A DNA stretch of 61,056 nucleotides, filler included, from Rhabdomonas costata (GCA_019059605.1; 19 parts of 19 records of this genome joined end to end with filler, not necessarily neighbours in it), one strand, 5' to 3'. Shown: positions 25,777-38,165, counted from the first letter of the whole stretch. Notes: generated by a model not told the origin, from the letters alone. A program made the numbers and translations.

Positions 25777-25920
25777 TGTGTAATCATTTTTTCGTGTAAT
25801 CATTTTTTCGTTTTTCGTTTCAAGCTCTCATGCCATTGTGGAGCGAGAAACGAAAAACGAAAAAATGATTACACGAAAAAATGATTACACTCAGTAAAAA
25901 CACGAAAAAATGATTACACG
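25777..25920. repeat. Contig-terminal fold-back over three GAAAAAATGATTACAC direct repeats
   Basis: Arms at about 25777-25821 and 25846-25889. The 16-nt unit occurs three times on + between 25859 and 25919. Confidence 0.85.
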
Positions 25921-26186
25921 CAGTCGTGTTTTCAGGCGTTGGGGGCGCAACCTACTACCGGCACAGCCGCGATGCTGCCGAGAAAAAAATTTGTGGGAAA
26001 TGTTTTTGCCGGCAAACGGCTTTCAAGTTCAGATGCGCAACATTTTATCCCACCAATAATATGTACGTGTTGGGGCCAAAATTTTCGGTTTTTCGATCCT
26101 CGGAAAGTGGAGGCCGAACGCGCCCATCACTTTCGCCGGTAATGCCTTTATGAAATGGCCAAAGTGTTCGGGGGACCACCCACGTC

Positions 26187-26893
26187 TGGGGTAATTGTTG
26201 TCGTAACCCCATTGCCCGGGATGGAATCAGGGGCTAGAAGGGGTGTATTGGGGAATCCCCGCGTCCGATATGCCCTATAGGCCGGGCCTTTACCCGGTTG
26301 GACCATGGCATGCCAGGGTGTCCCCAAGGGCCCAGGGCCCATCTATGGGCAGGACCCCACCGCAAGTGGGGGAGGGTGTGTGCCTGATGCTGGGGTGAAG
26401 CTGCGGAAGCGACGCTCGATCGGGCCGCTTGGTTTCGCGCCTTTGCCGCCGAAAGTCCCCCGTGCGTGTGGCCCCGAAGGGTACCCCGAACCCCTCAAGG
26501 CCCCGGGGCACCAGTTGTGCCCACCCAAAAGGTGGGGGCGCGGTGCACGATGCTATGGGTTTCGGGCGCAAGGCGCGGCACCAGCCCGGACCGGCAAGCG
26601 GTAGGTGCTGTACGCGGGCGTGTTACGGCGTGTTACGTGGGACGGAAGCCCCAAGATGTCCTATGCGCGCTTGTGTTGGCGGAATGGCCGGGGTTATAGG
26701 ACCCGAGGCAAGCGGAACGGGGTATTCTGCCATATCTGATAGTGCATCTGGTGGCTGCTAAGTTGGTTTTCTTCTTATTGGGCAGGTTTTGGTGCACAAC
26801 CGCAGTGTCTTCCGAGTGGAGGGGGTTGGCGTATCAACAGCATCCGGCTTGAACAAGGCTACCCGCAAATGCCGGTGGTTTTAAGTCTCACTT
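26187..26893 (+). ncRNA. Candidate highly structured RNA or non-autonomous retroposon body (unidentified)
   Basis: GC-rich, no exon-like signals, with nested long-range helices and many hairpins (detailed in findings). Followed directly by a hexamer tail. Confidence 0.4.
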
Positions 26894-26939
26894 CAAGTCC
26901 AAGTCCAAGTCCAAGTCCAAGTCCAAGTCCAAGTCCAAG
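26894..26939 (+). repeat. (CAAGTC)7 + CAAG tandem repeat
   Basis: Perfect hexamer array read directly. Confidence 0.95.
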
Positions 26940-27678
26940 GCCTTCTTCATGCCCTTTCTTATTGCATCGCCAGCAAACCCATGTGCAGAAAAAACAACAG
27001 CTTACGATTCGGATTGTTGACAAAATTTAGAAAATCTGAAGGGATTATCTTCACGACGATTTTGGCTAAAGATGAAAGCCAATCGGCACCGGAAGAATTT
27101 TCGGCTTTTCTCATGTACGAAAACAAAGTACGGGCAAAAAAAGGACTGCAGCTTCAATTGAGTACTAAGTTTGACAAGGGCAAAAAGAAAAGGAGGCGCA
27201 GAACTGCCTGACGTACCCTGTAGGATGGAGACAGGTGGGCGGGCAATGTCAACGGCATAAAAAGGAAGATGAATCACCGGAGGGCCTGCGCCAGAACACC
27301 AGCTAACCAGCTAACCAACACCACTGTCCCACCCTCTGCAAAGTCGGCTCGGCCGTCGGGTCAAGCCCCCAACGAATCCCAGCAGCTTGTTGGTGCGAGT
27401 CGACAACGAGCAGATCCACAATATAGGAAGGAGCGTTTGAACCCCCGAGCCCCGCATGCATCCCTCCGTTTGCCGTTCCACGAAGCAAGCGGTAACCGAA
27501 GGGGCATGAGGGCCAAAGAGAGAATTCAATACTCACTACTCCATGCTCACAGCTATTTACACACTACCAATGCGGTCCCTAAGGCACTTCTAGGGAGTCA
27601 CCGGGAACTAACATGCCACCACTAGTTCGTTCCAACGCGGAACGGCAAAATAGGGGACCAACGTGGAGATGATAGTCA

Positions 27679-28846
27679 TCACTTCCCCCCACAGGGTGGC
27701 ACCACCTCCTCCACCGTGAAGAGAAGGCCATTTCGGGTGCCCTTCAGCACATCCTCGCGGCCGAGACTGTGCGGGGGAGCGGCCTCAGAGACCGCGACCG
27801 CCACATTATCTTCCGCGCCCGGAGGAGCGCCCGAGCGCAGGCTAGCCTCGGTGAGAAGGTAGACTCCGGTGACTCGGAAGGTGAACCCCGATGGGAGCAG
27901 CACCTCTTCCTCGTCGGGGTAGTATGAGAAGTCCCTGATGGGCCGCCCTTGCCGTAGCCGCAGCCGAAACACTACGGATAGCTCTGACTCCTGTGGGAAA
28001 ATGCGAAAAAGGGATTTGGTCCCGATCGCAGCGGGTCCCTTTTCAAAACTTTTGGACCAAGCCAGAAGAACGGAAAATATGGTGAATTTCTTAGTCAACG
28101 GTCCAGAAGACAATGCCAATGAACACACGCTTTTGCAAATGATGCAGGTATGTGGTTCAATTGTGTGCATGCCAAACTTGTAAGCAAACTTGTAAGCACC
28201 AGCATGCATTGTTCGAAAAGTGTGGACGATGACAGCAAAAATCTTGGCAAAAGAGGTCAAAGATGACACCCACACTATTCCAGGATTAATTTGTAACATG
28301 GGTAACACAGCGAAATAGGGGCCTGAATAACAGGGTTCAACAGGACATCACATTTTAAATCTGAATCGGTTGATTGACATACTGGCATATTGGGTTTGAC
28401 ATATTGGGCCCACAGACTCAGCACACAAAAAGAAGAACAAGGCAATCAATTCCCAAAAACACCTTGCCGGCTTCCTGTGAGGCCTTGCAGAAGGAGCGGG
28501 CCACCCGCAAGGAGGTGGACGTGCTGGAGAATGCCGGCCATACCGAGATCCTCGAAGCGCAGGGCTCTGCGCTCTCGCTGACGAGCTGCTGCACCATGCG
28601 GTCAAAGTCCTCCTTCCCAAGCCGAAGGCCGCGGAAAGTCAGCCCACACCAATTCGGAGTCATGCGCTCCAGCGCTCCCTGGAGGCACCAGATGTAGTCC
28701 CTCCACATAGAGATCCCGGCCTCCTCCTTCTTGTCAAACCACGCTCGCAGAGCCTTGTTCACCTCCACGTAAATGGCAGTCTGGAGAGTGTAAATATGGA
28801 TGCTGAAGATGTCCACGGGGGCCATTGGGACCTTCCCTTCTGCCAC
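27679..28846 (-). CDS. Mono-ADP-ribosyltransferase domain (ARTC, R-S-E clade); last two exons
   Basis: Exons 28846-28463 and 27990-27679 with a phase-0 GT-AG intron. Motifs: IHIYT....IY..VN..LR, TFRG, WPAFSSTS, FSYYPDEEEVLLP..FTFRV. Confidence 0.9.
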
Positions 28847-29158
28847 CTGAAAATAACCCGCACCCAGCGCCCAGCAGTAAAAAAGCAAANNNNNNNNNNN
28901 NNNNNNNNNNNNNNNNNNNNNNNNNNNNNNNNNTTAATTAATTAANNNNNNNNNNNNNNNNNNNNNNNNNNNNNNNNNNNNNNNNNNNNTGTTTTGCCCA
29001 CCTCCTGAGAGTGCCCTCGCCGCAAAAAAGGGGACGGTAGAAATCTCCATCAAAAGCGAAGATTTGAGGACGACTCGTTCCTTGTTGGTCCAAATTCCAC
29101 CAGGAGGGGGACCACGTAATCCTTTTTCCTCACCTTCTTTTCCTTTGGTTGGGTGCAG

Positions 29159-31657
29159 GCCCGAGCCGCCCGTGCCGCCCCTGTCGCTACCTCCCCCACA
29201 ATGAAGCCCCACTCCGCGATGGACCCAGCCCGGCTGATTTTGCGCTCGGAGGAAGCGGCGCAGAGGGAGGCCATTGCTGTGACGGAGCAGGTTGGGGTTT
29301 TGAGGCATTCGTTGCGATGGGTCTTTCCGCATCAGCTCATATGCTATGCTTCGTTTGTTTTTGATTTCGGTTGGCTTTTGCTGCTTTGACCCGTTTTCCT
29401 CGCTTTTCGGCATTTCCCTTTCACCTCCGCCACATGAGTCGAAAGGAACCTAAACGGCTCTGTTTTTTGGTCACTTTGGTGAAGCAGTGTCATCTGAGGC
29501 GAAAAGGGGATGGGCTGACAAAGCTGTGTGCCTCGAATCTTGGGAAGGATACAGAACAAGGTCGCACCTGTACTCGCTTGGTTTTTGGTTCTGAATGGTC
29601 TGCGTTTTCCAGAGAGGACACACAAGAGTAAGTTACACAGACTTTGGGACTTGGGAACATTTTGCAATTTCCAGAACTATGCTTTCTCATCATCGCGAGC
29701 GCGCAAATACCAAATACGCGCCACGCATAAGCACTGAGCCATAAGTAGTACTAGCCGATGGCTCGGGTGGAGGGGGGCCCCTGGGCTCGCAACTAGTGAC
29801 TGGCCCCTGGATGGTAAATACTTTCACCCTTGCCTTTACACGAGTGTACGTATATCAACGATAAATTCTTTCTTCATTCCATTCCCTGTTGCTATGGTAT
29901 CTGGTCACCCACGCCACCTGGTCAGCTGAACAAGCCATGTGAAGCCGATTGCTCAGTTGAAGTGCGGTTCTCCTAAGCTGCAGCCCTGCAACTCTGCATG
30001 CATGCATGTACACATTTGCACGGGCACAGTTCGAGAGAAGTGCTGTGATGGCGCGGCGGGCTGAGGCCGTGGCGTTGGGGCAGCTGTGGCAGCTGCAGGC
30101 TGAAGAGGCGCAGGCCCGAGAGGGCGTGCGAGCGGAGGAGGCCTTGCAGCGCAAGCAGGTCTGCTTGCGGGTGGGTTCCGCGGATGGAGTATCCCCGCGA
30201 CCTTATTTACACCACAGGGAAAGAACGGTAAAGGGTGTGGATCATCGGAATCGGGACCGACGTGGAAAGCAGAATTGAAGCACATACGGCGAAGCGAATG
30301 TGGTTCTGCCCATCTCTGAATTGCCTTTTTTCGCAATCTCTGCAATACCAGCTCTTTGACAACTCGTCAGATGCACTGTTGTGCCTTGTCGCACCCGCTG
30401 CGAAATTGGTAGTTCTTTCCTACCGATAGTGGTCCTCGCTGTCTACCTGGCGGGAGGTTTTCAGGGCCTTTTCATTGTAGACATCCCATGGATGCCACTT
30501 CGATGGATTGGCCTTGAAGTTTAGCGTGTGTCGCATGATCCACGAGGGGAAGGTGAGGCAAAGATGCAAAAAGATGCAAAAACGAGCCTTTTCCGAATCC
30601 TTTTCGTTTGAAGTTGTTTTTTCATGAAAATCACTTCTTACTAGTTGGGTATAGGCGGGCGTGTGTGTGTGTGCGGTGTGCAGGAACTGGACGTCCTCGT
30701 CGGTGTCTCCGCGACACTGCATCAGCTATACCACCACGCCCTCACCACGCAGCGCTTCGCCCGTGCCCGGCTTTGCGAACAAGCGGTGCGTGACTTTGCA
30801 AAAGAAAAACTGTCCCTCCCCCTACTGTGTAGAGGTGGACGCGAACTTCGATCGACCCTCAGCCTGCTTCCCTCAAGCCCTCGTTTCGATAACGACTATG
30901 CTTTGTTATGGTGAAATTGGAGATAGCAAAGGAATTTTAGAGATCATAAGATCCTACAGTGGTCCATCTCAGGGGGGTTACAGTACACTGATCTCATGCG
31001 CGTGTGCTTGATTTTGTTCAATGGGCAAACATAGTGGCCCTGGCCCGTTGCTCAAATGAAGAAAAATGCAGGTCCAAAAAAAATAGCACCTCAAGCTCGG
31101 TACATGCTGCACTGCTTCTGTATTACAACACCTGCTGAAAGCTTAGAAGGCTTTCCTCCACAATATGGTGTCCGGTGTGGGGAAGAGGACACATACATAG
31201 TATGCTGGGCGAAGTGTCATGAGCATTGTGGTTGATATTATTCACGGTGCGTGTGTATGCGTCGGGAAACCCGGGCACGTGAAGAACAGCAACAAACGCG
31301 GCGTGCATTGGGATGCCGACATTTGTGTTCCAGGCGGGTGGAACACCACTGACCCCAGACTGCCACAAAAAAGTGCTCCGCCGGCCGCGCTGGAGGGGGA
31401 ACCCCAGGCGAACCCAAACTAACACAAACGCACAGGTGGAGGTTCGAGTGGTGCAGCTTTTGCAAGCCTACGAGTTGTGCCGGGGGCTGGTGGTGGTCCG
31501 GCTGGAGGTCTTTGAGGAGCTCCTGCTGCAGGAGCAGGCTCAGCGCGAGCACATTCGTCGGATTGCTGCACTAGAAACCCGCCGCGCCCAGGCCACACAG
31601 CGGGTGCAGCTCATGGCCACGGAGACCCGAGCACGGGAGGCCCTTCTGATTGCCGAG
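29159..31657 (+). CDS. Coiled-coil protein of unknown function, 4 internal exons
   Basis: Phase-0 GT-AG exons 29159-29290, 30030-30158, 30684-30785 and 31436-31657; E/Q/R/A/L-rich helical sequence. Confidence 0.65.
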
Positions 31658-32009
31658 GTTTCTCGGTTTTCATTTTATGACTCGCGCGCGCGCACGCACA
31701 CACACACGCGCGCGCACACACCCACCCACCAAGGAAGGAGTGCAGAGTCGCAGAGACCTGAGCAGCAATGGAACAATGCAGGTAGCCGCTGGAAAAGAGC
31801 AGCTGCGCGTCAATGGCCAACCAGATGTGGTACATTCGGCGGTGAGCCGGTTCCGGTTCCCCATAGCACCGTTCGCTTCAACGGCACATCTCGCGAGCAC
31901 CCGTGGCCAACAGCGCGTGCGCCAGTCAGTCCACAGTGCCAGCGCGCAATGCGCCCAACACGCACACTCGCTCACTCACACTTGCATCCCTTTACTTCTG
32001 CGGTGGCTT

Positions 32010-32113
32010 TTTCTTTTCCTGATTCCATCCGTTTATTTGGGTTGCCAACAAAAACGAGTACATTCCTGCTTTTTTGTTGGCAACCCAAGTAAACGGATGG
32101 AATCAGGAAAAGA
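32010..32113. repeat. Contig-terminal inverted repeat (fold-back)
   Basis: Arms of about 43 bp (TCTTTTCCTGATTCCATCCGTTTA..GCCAACAAAAA and its reverse complement) with one mismatch, at the contig end. Confidence 0.85.
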
Positions 32114-32633
32114 CAAACCCACNNNNNNNNNNNNNNNNNNNNNNNNNNNNNNNNNNNNNNNNNNNNTTAATTAATTAANNNNNNNNNNNNNNNNNNNNNN
32201 NNNNNNNNNNNNNNNNNNNNNNGGTGGGTTGGCCATTATTTGACGTATTTACTGGGATGGTGAGTAATAGTGGTGAGGAGTGACGGGTTGTGGAGTTCAG
32301 CTGTTCGCGCAGCAAACATTTTGTTGTCCGAGAAGTAGGGACCACAGGAAAGGGAATGTGAGTGTCAGTCGCCAGTGCATATTGGAGCCCCCCCTTCCCG
32401 GATTTTGGGGTCTTTGGGGGGGGCGGGTGAACGCGAGAATCATAAATTGACCAGTTACTGATACTTTTTCAGGGTTTCTGTATGTCCACTGAGGGAATAA
32501 ATGGGTGAATGCAATGAGATGACCCTTTCAGATGGTTGTCCTGACAAATATTAACAATAATGCGTCCACCTCACTGCTTTTTTATACTCGAGAGGAGACA
32601 GCCTGTAATAGTGTGAAATGGAATAACGTGAGA

Positions 32634-33446
32634 CTAATGTGGTCTTCTCCACGACAAAGGAGGGGAAGGGTGCCATAATTTCCCATTTTCCTTCCTTCTT
32701 CCTTTACATACCAATTCAGAAGTCTGGTGGTGGGCAGGCCAGGCGGAGGGCCTGGCGAGCCGCGGGACCCCACAAACCCCACCAGCGCCAGCCTCCCGGT
32801 GCCCCGACGAATGAGACGAAGGAAGATGGTTCCAGCCGTTCAGAATTGCCGCGAGAAACCTCTGCATTGCCACCGCGTGCTTCTCATCCCCGTATTTCAT
32901 TGACCAGACCTTCACGGTGAACCTCCACGCCTGTGTGCGCACTGCTGTCACCCCATGCACGGCGTCCGGTCCACCAGGGAACCGACCCTTCATCATCGCA
33001 TCCACAACGCCACCCCACAGGCGGGTCACCCTCACTTCTGAACAGTTGGTCAGCTTGTAGAAATTCTTGGCCGCTTTGTCAACAGGCGGGCGAATACCAT
33101 CACGGAAGACATGCACGCTGCTTTGCACCGGCAGGATTGTCGGGCAGAGGGCATGGACGGCAGCCGAAAACCTGGGGCCAGGGGTGTGGGTCTCCAGCTT
33201 TCGGAGCCGATCAGAAGAGGATAGTGATGGTGACAGCAATGCATCATTCTCGGGAGTGTCAGTCCAAATGCACCACAAGGAGGCATTCTTTAGGGCTGTC
33301 GCATGAGACACGGACGCGACACAGCTGCCGCTGCTGCTTGATGGGTCGAGATCAAGACTGGGAACGGCGGAGGGAGCAGGGGAAGGACTGGGGAGAAGAG
33401 GAGGGGTACGCCGAAGCCAGCCCGCATCGGAAGGTGCTGCAGGCAT
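32634..33446 (-). CDS. Divergent eIF4E-family protein, apparently intronless (270 aa)
   Basis: eIF4E core elements in order: L....WCIW, VHVFRDGIRP, RLWGGVVDAMMKGRF, VHGVTAVR, VKVW. Confidence 0.75.
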   Translation of the reverse strand: MPAAPSDAGWLRRTPPLLPSPSPAPSAVPSLDLDPSSSSGSCVASVSHATALKNASLWCIWTDTPENDALLSPSLSSSDRLRKLETHTPGPRFSAAVHALCPTILPVQSSVHVFRDGIRPPVDKAAKNFYKLTNCSEVRVTRLWGGVVDAMMKGRFPGGPDAVHGVTAVRTQAWRFTVKVWSMKYGDEKHAVAMQRFLAAILNGWNHLPSSHSSGHREAGAGGVCGVPRLARPSAWPAHHQTSELVCKGRRKENGKLWHPSPPLSWRRPH

Positions 33447-35085
33447 TTTGGCAGATAAGTGGCTGTGCGATCAGTGACCACGCGGAACCAAAGCTAGTGT
33501 CCAGCGATGATCAATGAATTCCAAGATATCGATTGACTTGCACTCACATCCGTCCATACATGCACACATGTTTGGATTATCAGCCCGAAAGGTGCATTGC
33601 TGAAGCTATGGAATGCAGCGCAGTTGTCAGGAAGGAACATATTCAAAACAGAGCTTGAGGAAGTGCGATACCTCACTGTTACTTGCAATAAACACACAAT
33701 GGATCACGTGGATTTGACCTTTGATAATTGCACCCCCCGCCTCCACACTCATACACACCGTGTGAGAGCTATTCAAGACATATGCAGCCAATTAGGGATT
33801 TTCGTGGTCGATCACCCGCCTCTCAGGGTAAAATATTAGTGACCCCTGTCACTGCAAAAAATTTTCAATTCAAAATTTGAAAGGTGTCGTGCATCGGTCT
33901 CTGCTCCCCTGCAGAGTGTCGAAAGGATTCCTGACCACATTCGGGACATCACCACCGCTCAAACGCAGCCCTCATGGTGGGCACTGCTCCCGCCTTTCTC
34001 CACTTTTGCTATAGTTGCAAGCAATATTTCACGGTATCCCTCACTCCCCACTCCCTCTTTTTTGTGGGACACCCATTGCGCCTTCTCCAACAAAGTACCA
34101 CAGAGGTCCAATGGAGCTCCCGGTGCTTTTTCCCAATACGATGTGTTTCCAGTAAAAGCACACAGAGGGGAAGCCACATAGAAGCTTTCCCTTGGCCGAA
34201 AAGCCCCCCTGCATGAATAAATCTGCGAGAGTACAGAAGAAACACAGAAAAAAAATTCCGACAAAACTTTTCCAGATCCACTCCTGGGGCACGGAGGAGC
34301 GAAAAGCCCAATCCAGTCCACACAAAGAGCTCGGAAGGGAAAGGCGCAGGAGACAGTTGCTTGAGACAGAGGCACCACCTGAACAAGAGCGTTGGGTGAA
34401 TGCCCCTTTCCTAAGCGTGACCGAAAAGAGGAGGCGACAAGGACGTGAACAAATGCACAGAGCATATGCAGTTGCTCACCGCTCCACATACGCACATACG
34501 GGGAGGAGGTCCGCAAAAGGCACTTAGAACTCGCCATCACCTCCAACTGCAGCGCCAAAGAGTTGCAACAGCAGGCCCGACGGCAGACTTCAGGTGAAAA
34601 TGGGGACACATGGTACCAGGCGCATTCCGGGGAGAGGTAGAGGTAACAATGTTTTGCTTCACAAGTGCATACCCACACATTGCCGAGGGGCCGACCACCA
34701 AGGAGGAGAGGAAGGAAGAGAAAATACTACCACTCTCGGCAAAACTCAAGCGAAAGCGCTCTGGCTTTCACCCCTCTAAACAAGAAAGTGTGGTTGTGAT
34801 TCGCCTCCTCCGGTGGCGTGCGCACGTGCTCCCTTTTCTCTCGCTTACTGACAAACCTACTACTCGCAGCATTACCGACAAGATGGGCACTGCTATGACT
34901 CCTATATATGACTAGATTAACCCATACAAACAAGGGATCACTGAGACAAGCGTGGCTCATCAAACGTGATCGTGCGAAAGACAATCAAATCCAAAGCATG
35001 ACCTGTAACATAAAAGAGCGAAAAGTGAATCTCTCCGACGCCCTCGAGCACTTTGATGCGGCCGACCATCATTTCCCACTCGCGC

Positions 35086-35232
35086 TTATTTTCTGAGGCG
35101 CCGCAGCAGCACCGCCACCGCCTCATCCGAGCTGAGCCCGCTGGAGGTCACCAGTCTGCGGTACCAGCCCGACAGGGCGTGGCTAAGGACCGCTGGCACC
35201 TCTCTCTCCGAGGGCGAGGTACCACGTTCCGC
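35086..35232 (-). CDS. Terminal exon of unknown protein
   Basis: CCTTTCAG acceptor, then GC3-rich ..EVPAVLSHALSGWYRRLVTSSGLSSDEAVAVLLRRLRK and a TAA stop. Confidence 0.45.
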   Translation of the reverse strand, partial: AERGTSPSEREVPAVLSHALSGWYRRLVTSSGLSSDEAVAVLLRRLRK

Positions 35233-35438
35233 TGAAAGGCAGCGAGGATGCAATGGAAGCAACACATTACAACGGAACAATTTAGGACGACACAGCTTAG
35301 GTTTCATCTGGTAGTCGCCCTTGTCACCCTTCCCACAANNNNNNNNNNNNNNNNNNNNNNNNNNNNNNNNNNNNNNNNNNNNTTAATTAATTAANNNNNN
35401 NNNNNNNNNNNNNNNNNNNNNNNNNNNNNNNNNNNNNN

Positions 35439-38165
35439 GGCCGCGGTATTCAGGGTTTGCGCCGGGGTGCTTCACCTGCTCAACGCGGAGTTCATCAGCG
35501 ACGGTGATGCGTCCCTCTGCCAGTCTTCTTTGCCCCCTGCTCCCTGTTCAGCTTCTCTTCCCACTAAAATTACCGTCTCCATTTTTCCTGCGCTCTTTAT
35601 CTCTCTTCAAGAATAACTGAGAAGTTGTGAGCTATGCCGGAAAGAATTCTGTTTCGGTTTCTTTGGTTCCTTTTTGGTGAAGGGGAGGGTGCGAACATGC
35701 CCCTGGTGCTGCTTGCCCTCATTTTGATTTTGGATGGCTTCCTTGCATTAGTCTCTTCTCCATCCTGATGTCTGCATGTATTTTGGCTTTTGTTGTTTTG
35801 GGATGCTAGCGTTGTTTAGCCTTTCGAGAGCTTGGTGGCCCGCGGAGTAGCGCAGAAGGCTCGCACTTGAGCACCTGTAGGCTAACTGCTCTTGACTTCC
35901 CAAAAACTTAACAAGGGAACGACAATCTCGTCAAGAAAAGACGAATTCATCAAGCCCACCAGCTCAAAAGTCAAGGATCATCAGATTGTGTGCGCTGTGT
36001 GCTCCACTCTTGATCGTGATGTGTAGCAGAAGCGGAGAAGATGTGTCGTCAGAGATGCCTCCAGGCTGATCTCTATTGCACTTTCGGTTATTCACAGAGA
36101 GCGAGGTGACTAAATTGAGCCCGCAGGGCCGATCCGCTCTGCACACCGCGGCAGAGCTATGGCAGGTCGACCCCCAGGCCCTTCTGACCGCGCTGACCCA
36201 GAAGCGCACCCCACTTTTCACGAAGGCCCTGTCCCCCGCTCAGGCCGCCGACAATCGCGACGCACTGTGCAAGGCGCTGTACCACGCCATCTTCTTGGGA
36301 TTGGTCGAGAGGATCAACGCCGTCCTCCGGCACCGCAACCCCTCAGAGGTGTGGTGACGCCTTCGGGGAAAGGAGCTTCTGGATGGGGGCGAGTTCCAGC
36401 AGCCAAGTTTCGGACAGTAGCATATAGGACAGCACACCGATTTTAAACGGGACGGAAGCCGAGTGCCTTCTGGAGGATCAGGAAATATGCTTCACTGCAT
36501 TACAGGTTCGCCGTGATGTCGAGCACATTATTTGTGATCGCTGACACAAACTGAATTCTCTAATTTCCCTGTATTGCTCTCTTTGAGCTTGGCCTGAAGC
36601 AAACAATGGGAATCTAAATTGTTTGTATGCATTTTTATTTTGTTGTGTTCCTGGGTGTTAACCTTTGGTTACCTCCGCTCGCATTGTGCTGTAAATTTTG
36701 GAAATGATTCCGCAGATAATGGGTTTCTCGAAATTGGAGGCGGAAGGTCACCAGCTTTTGGTTTGGTTTGTCTTCCCTGAAGGTGGGTAGGTTTTTCTGC
36801 GTAGCTGCAGCCCGTACGACTCATCCCTTTCTGTATAGCCTGCGTGTGTCCAAAAATATTCCTGTGAACTCCTTTCTCTTGATTTTTTTGATGTGTGAAG
36901 GAAGAAACGCCCTGGAATATAATTTGATCTTGCCACAGGGGCGGGCACAGAGCAGCAGCACTACGTCGTCGTCGCAGCCCTCCACCCCGCTGATGCCGCC
37001 TCGGCTGGTGGCACCCTCCCCGCCCGAGCCGCTGTGGGTGGGCCTGCTTGACATCTTTGGGTTTGAGCAGTTTGAGGTGTGCGTGGGTGTGGTGTTTGCT
37101 GGCTTCTGGCTTCGCGCGCAGTGTCCTGGGACGTCTCCTGATGCCTGGCCATCCTCGCTTTGGAGGACCTGAGCTTGTACCCATCTGTCAGAGCACGAGC
37201 GCATACAGTGGCGAGATGAGTGATAGTGCTGCTTCGGTCCGTTGCGCAAGGTTGACAGGCTCCTCTTCATCACCTCCTTCGTCTCCTCTGCCTTCATTCT
37301 GCCGGGCCGAATGTTCTATTTTACTGGTGTTCCATGCTTGTTTGTTGTGCCTGGACACGGTTTGTCCTTCTTTGGACAGCCCGCATGAAATGCATCCCCG
37401 AACGGGTATTTCATCTTCGTCTTCACGCTTTTGACATTCCAGGTGAACCGATTTGAGCAGCTGTGCATCAACCTCGCCAACGAGCAGCTCCAGAACCACT
37501 ACACCGAGTGCATCTTTCGCCGGTTTCAGCACACTTCACTCATATCCACACAAGTCTTCCTTCACAAAACCCAGGCTTATCAAGTGCTGCTCCCAAATTT
37601 ATGTCATACTCTTCCCGTCGACCCACCACCCCCTCAGTCCCGACGTCGATCACCCTTTTTGACTCCACTTACCCCAAAAAAACGGCAATGAACGGCAGTA
37701 TTAGCCTAGGGGGCGGGTACCAAGCGCCATGGTCAAGGGCACAAAGGCCGAAAATGAAAAGACCTGCCCTTCAACGTCTTAGGAGGTCTTTTTGTTTACA
37801 GTTAAGGTCCCCAAGCCAGCCTCAGCTTTGCCCTCTAAAGCACATGAAATTGTCGTGTTGTTCCAACGATAACCGTTACCGGTTTTCGTTCCGCGTTCTG
37901 TCGTTGTTTTTCCCCACCCCTTCCACCCCCTTCCGGTTTGAACAGGGACTTGGAGGAGTACCGAGCCGAGGGCCTGGACCTGGGCGGGGTGAGCTGTGTG
38001 GACAACCAACCCACGCTGGAGCTCCTGGTGGGCCGTCACGGGGTGTTCGACCTGATCGACAGCGAAGGAGTTAACCTCAGCGGCACCGACGCCAACTTGC
38101 TTTCCCTGATGGCTCGTACTCTGAAAGAGCACCCCTCTTTCGAGAAGCCCGCGCTGTTCCGCGAG
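35439..38165 (+). CDS. Myosin motor domain, 5 internal exons
   Basis: Exons 35439-35503, 36098-36348, 36939-37076, 37443-37522 and 37946-38165, all GT-AG and in phase. Motifs: AGVLHLLN, RDALCKALY, LLDIFGFE (switch II), NRFEQLCINLANEQLQ, EY..EG, DNQPTLEL. Confidence 0.95.

Noticed and set aside
26175-26215. HDV-like ribozyme (CCA-CCCACGTC-TGG resembles P3/L3)
   Set aside because: No upstream P1 partner or J4/2 could be assigned, and the 3' part forms a simple hairpin instead.
26451-26727. RNase MRP/P RNA, suggested by GAAAGTCCCC
   Set aside because: No convincing downstream CR-V (AC...GGGGCTNA) partner, and the motif is tied up in a local stem. A cmscan run would settle it.
28173-28196. Short perfect tandem duplications (also 45541-45556 and 51955-51972) as transposon footprints
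   Set aside because: Indistinguishable from ordinary replication slippage without orthologous empty sites.
8731-33446. Tgs plus atypical eIF4E as a linked cap-modification system
   Set aside because: They lie on different, artificially joined contigs, so co-occurrence carries no linkage information.
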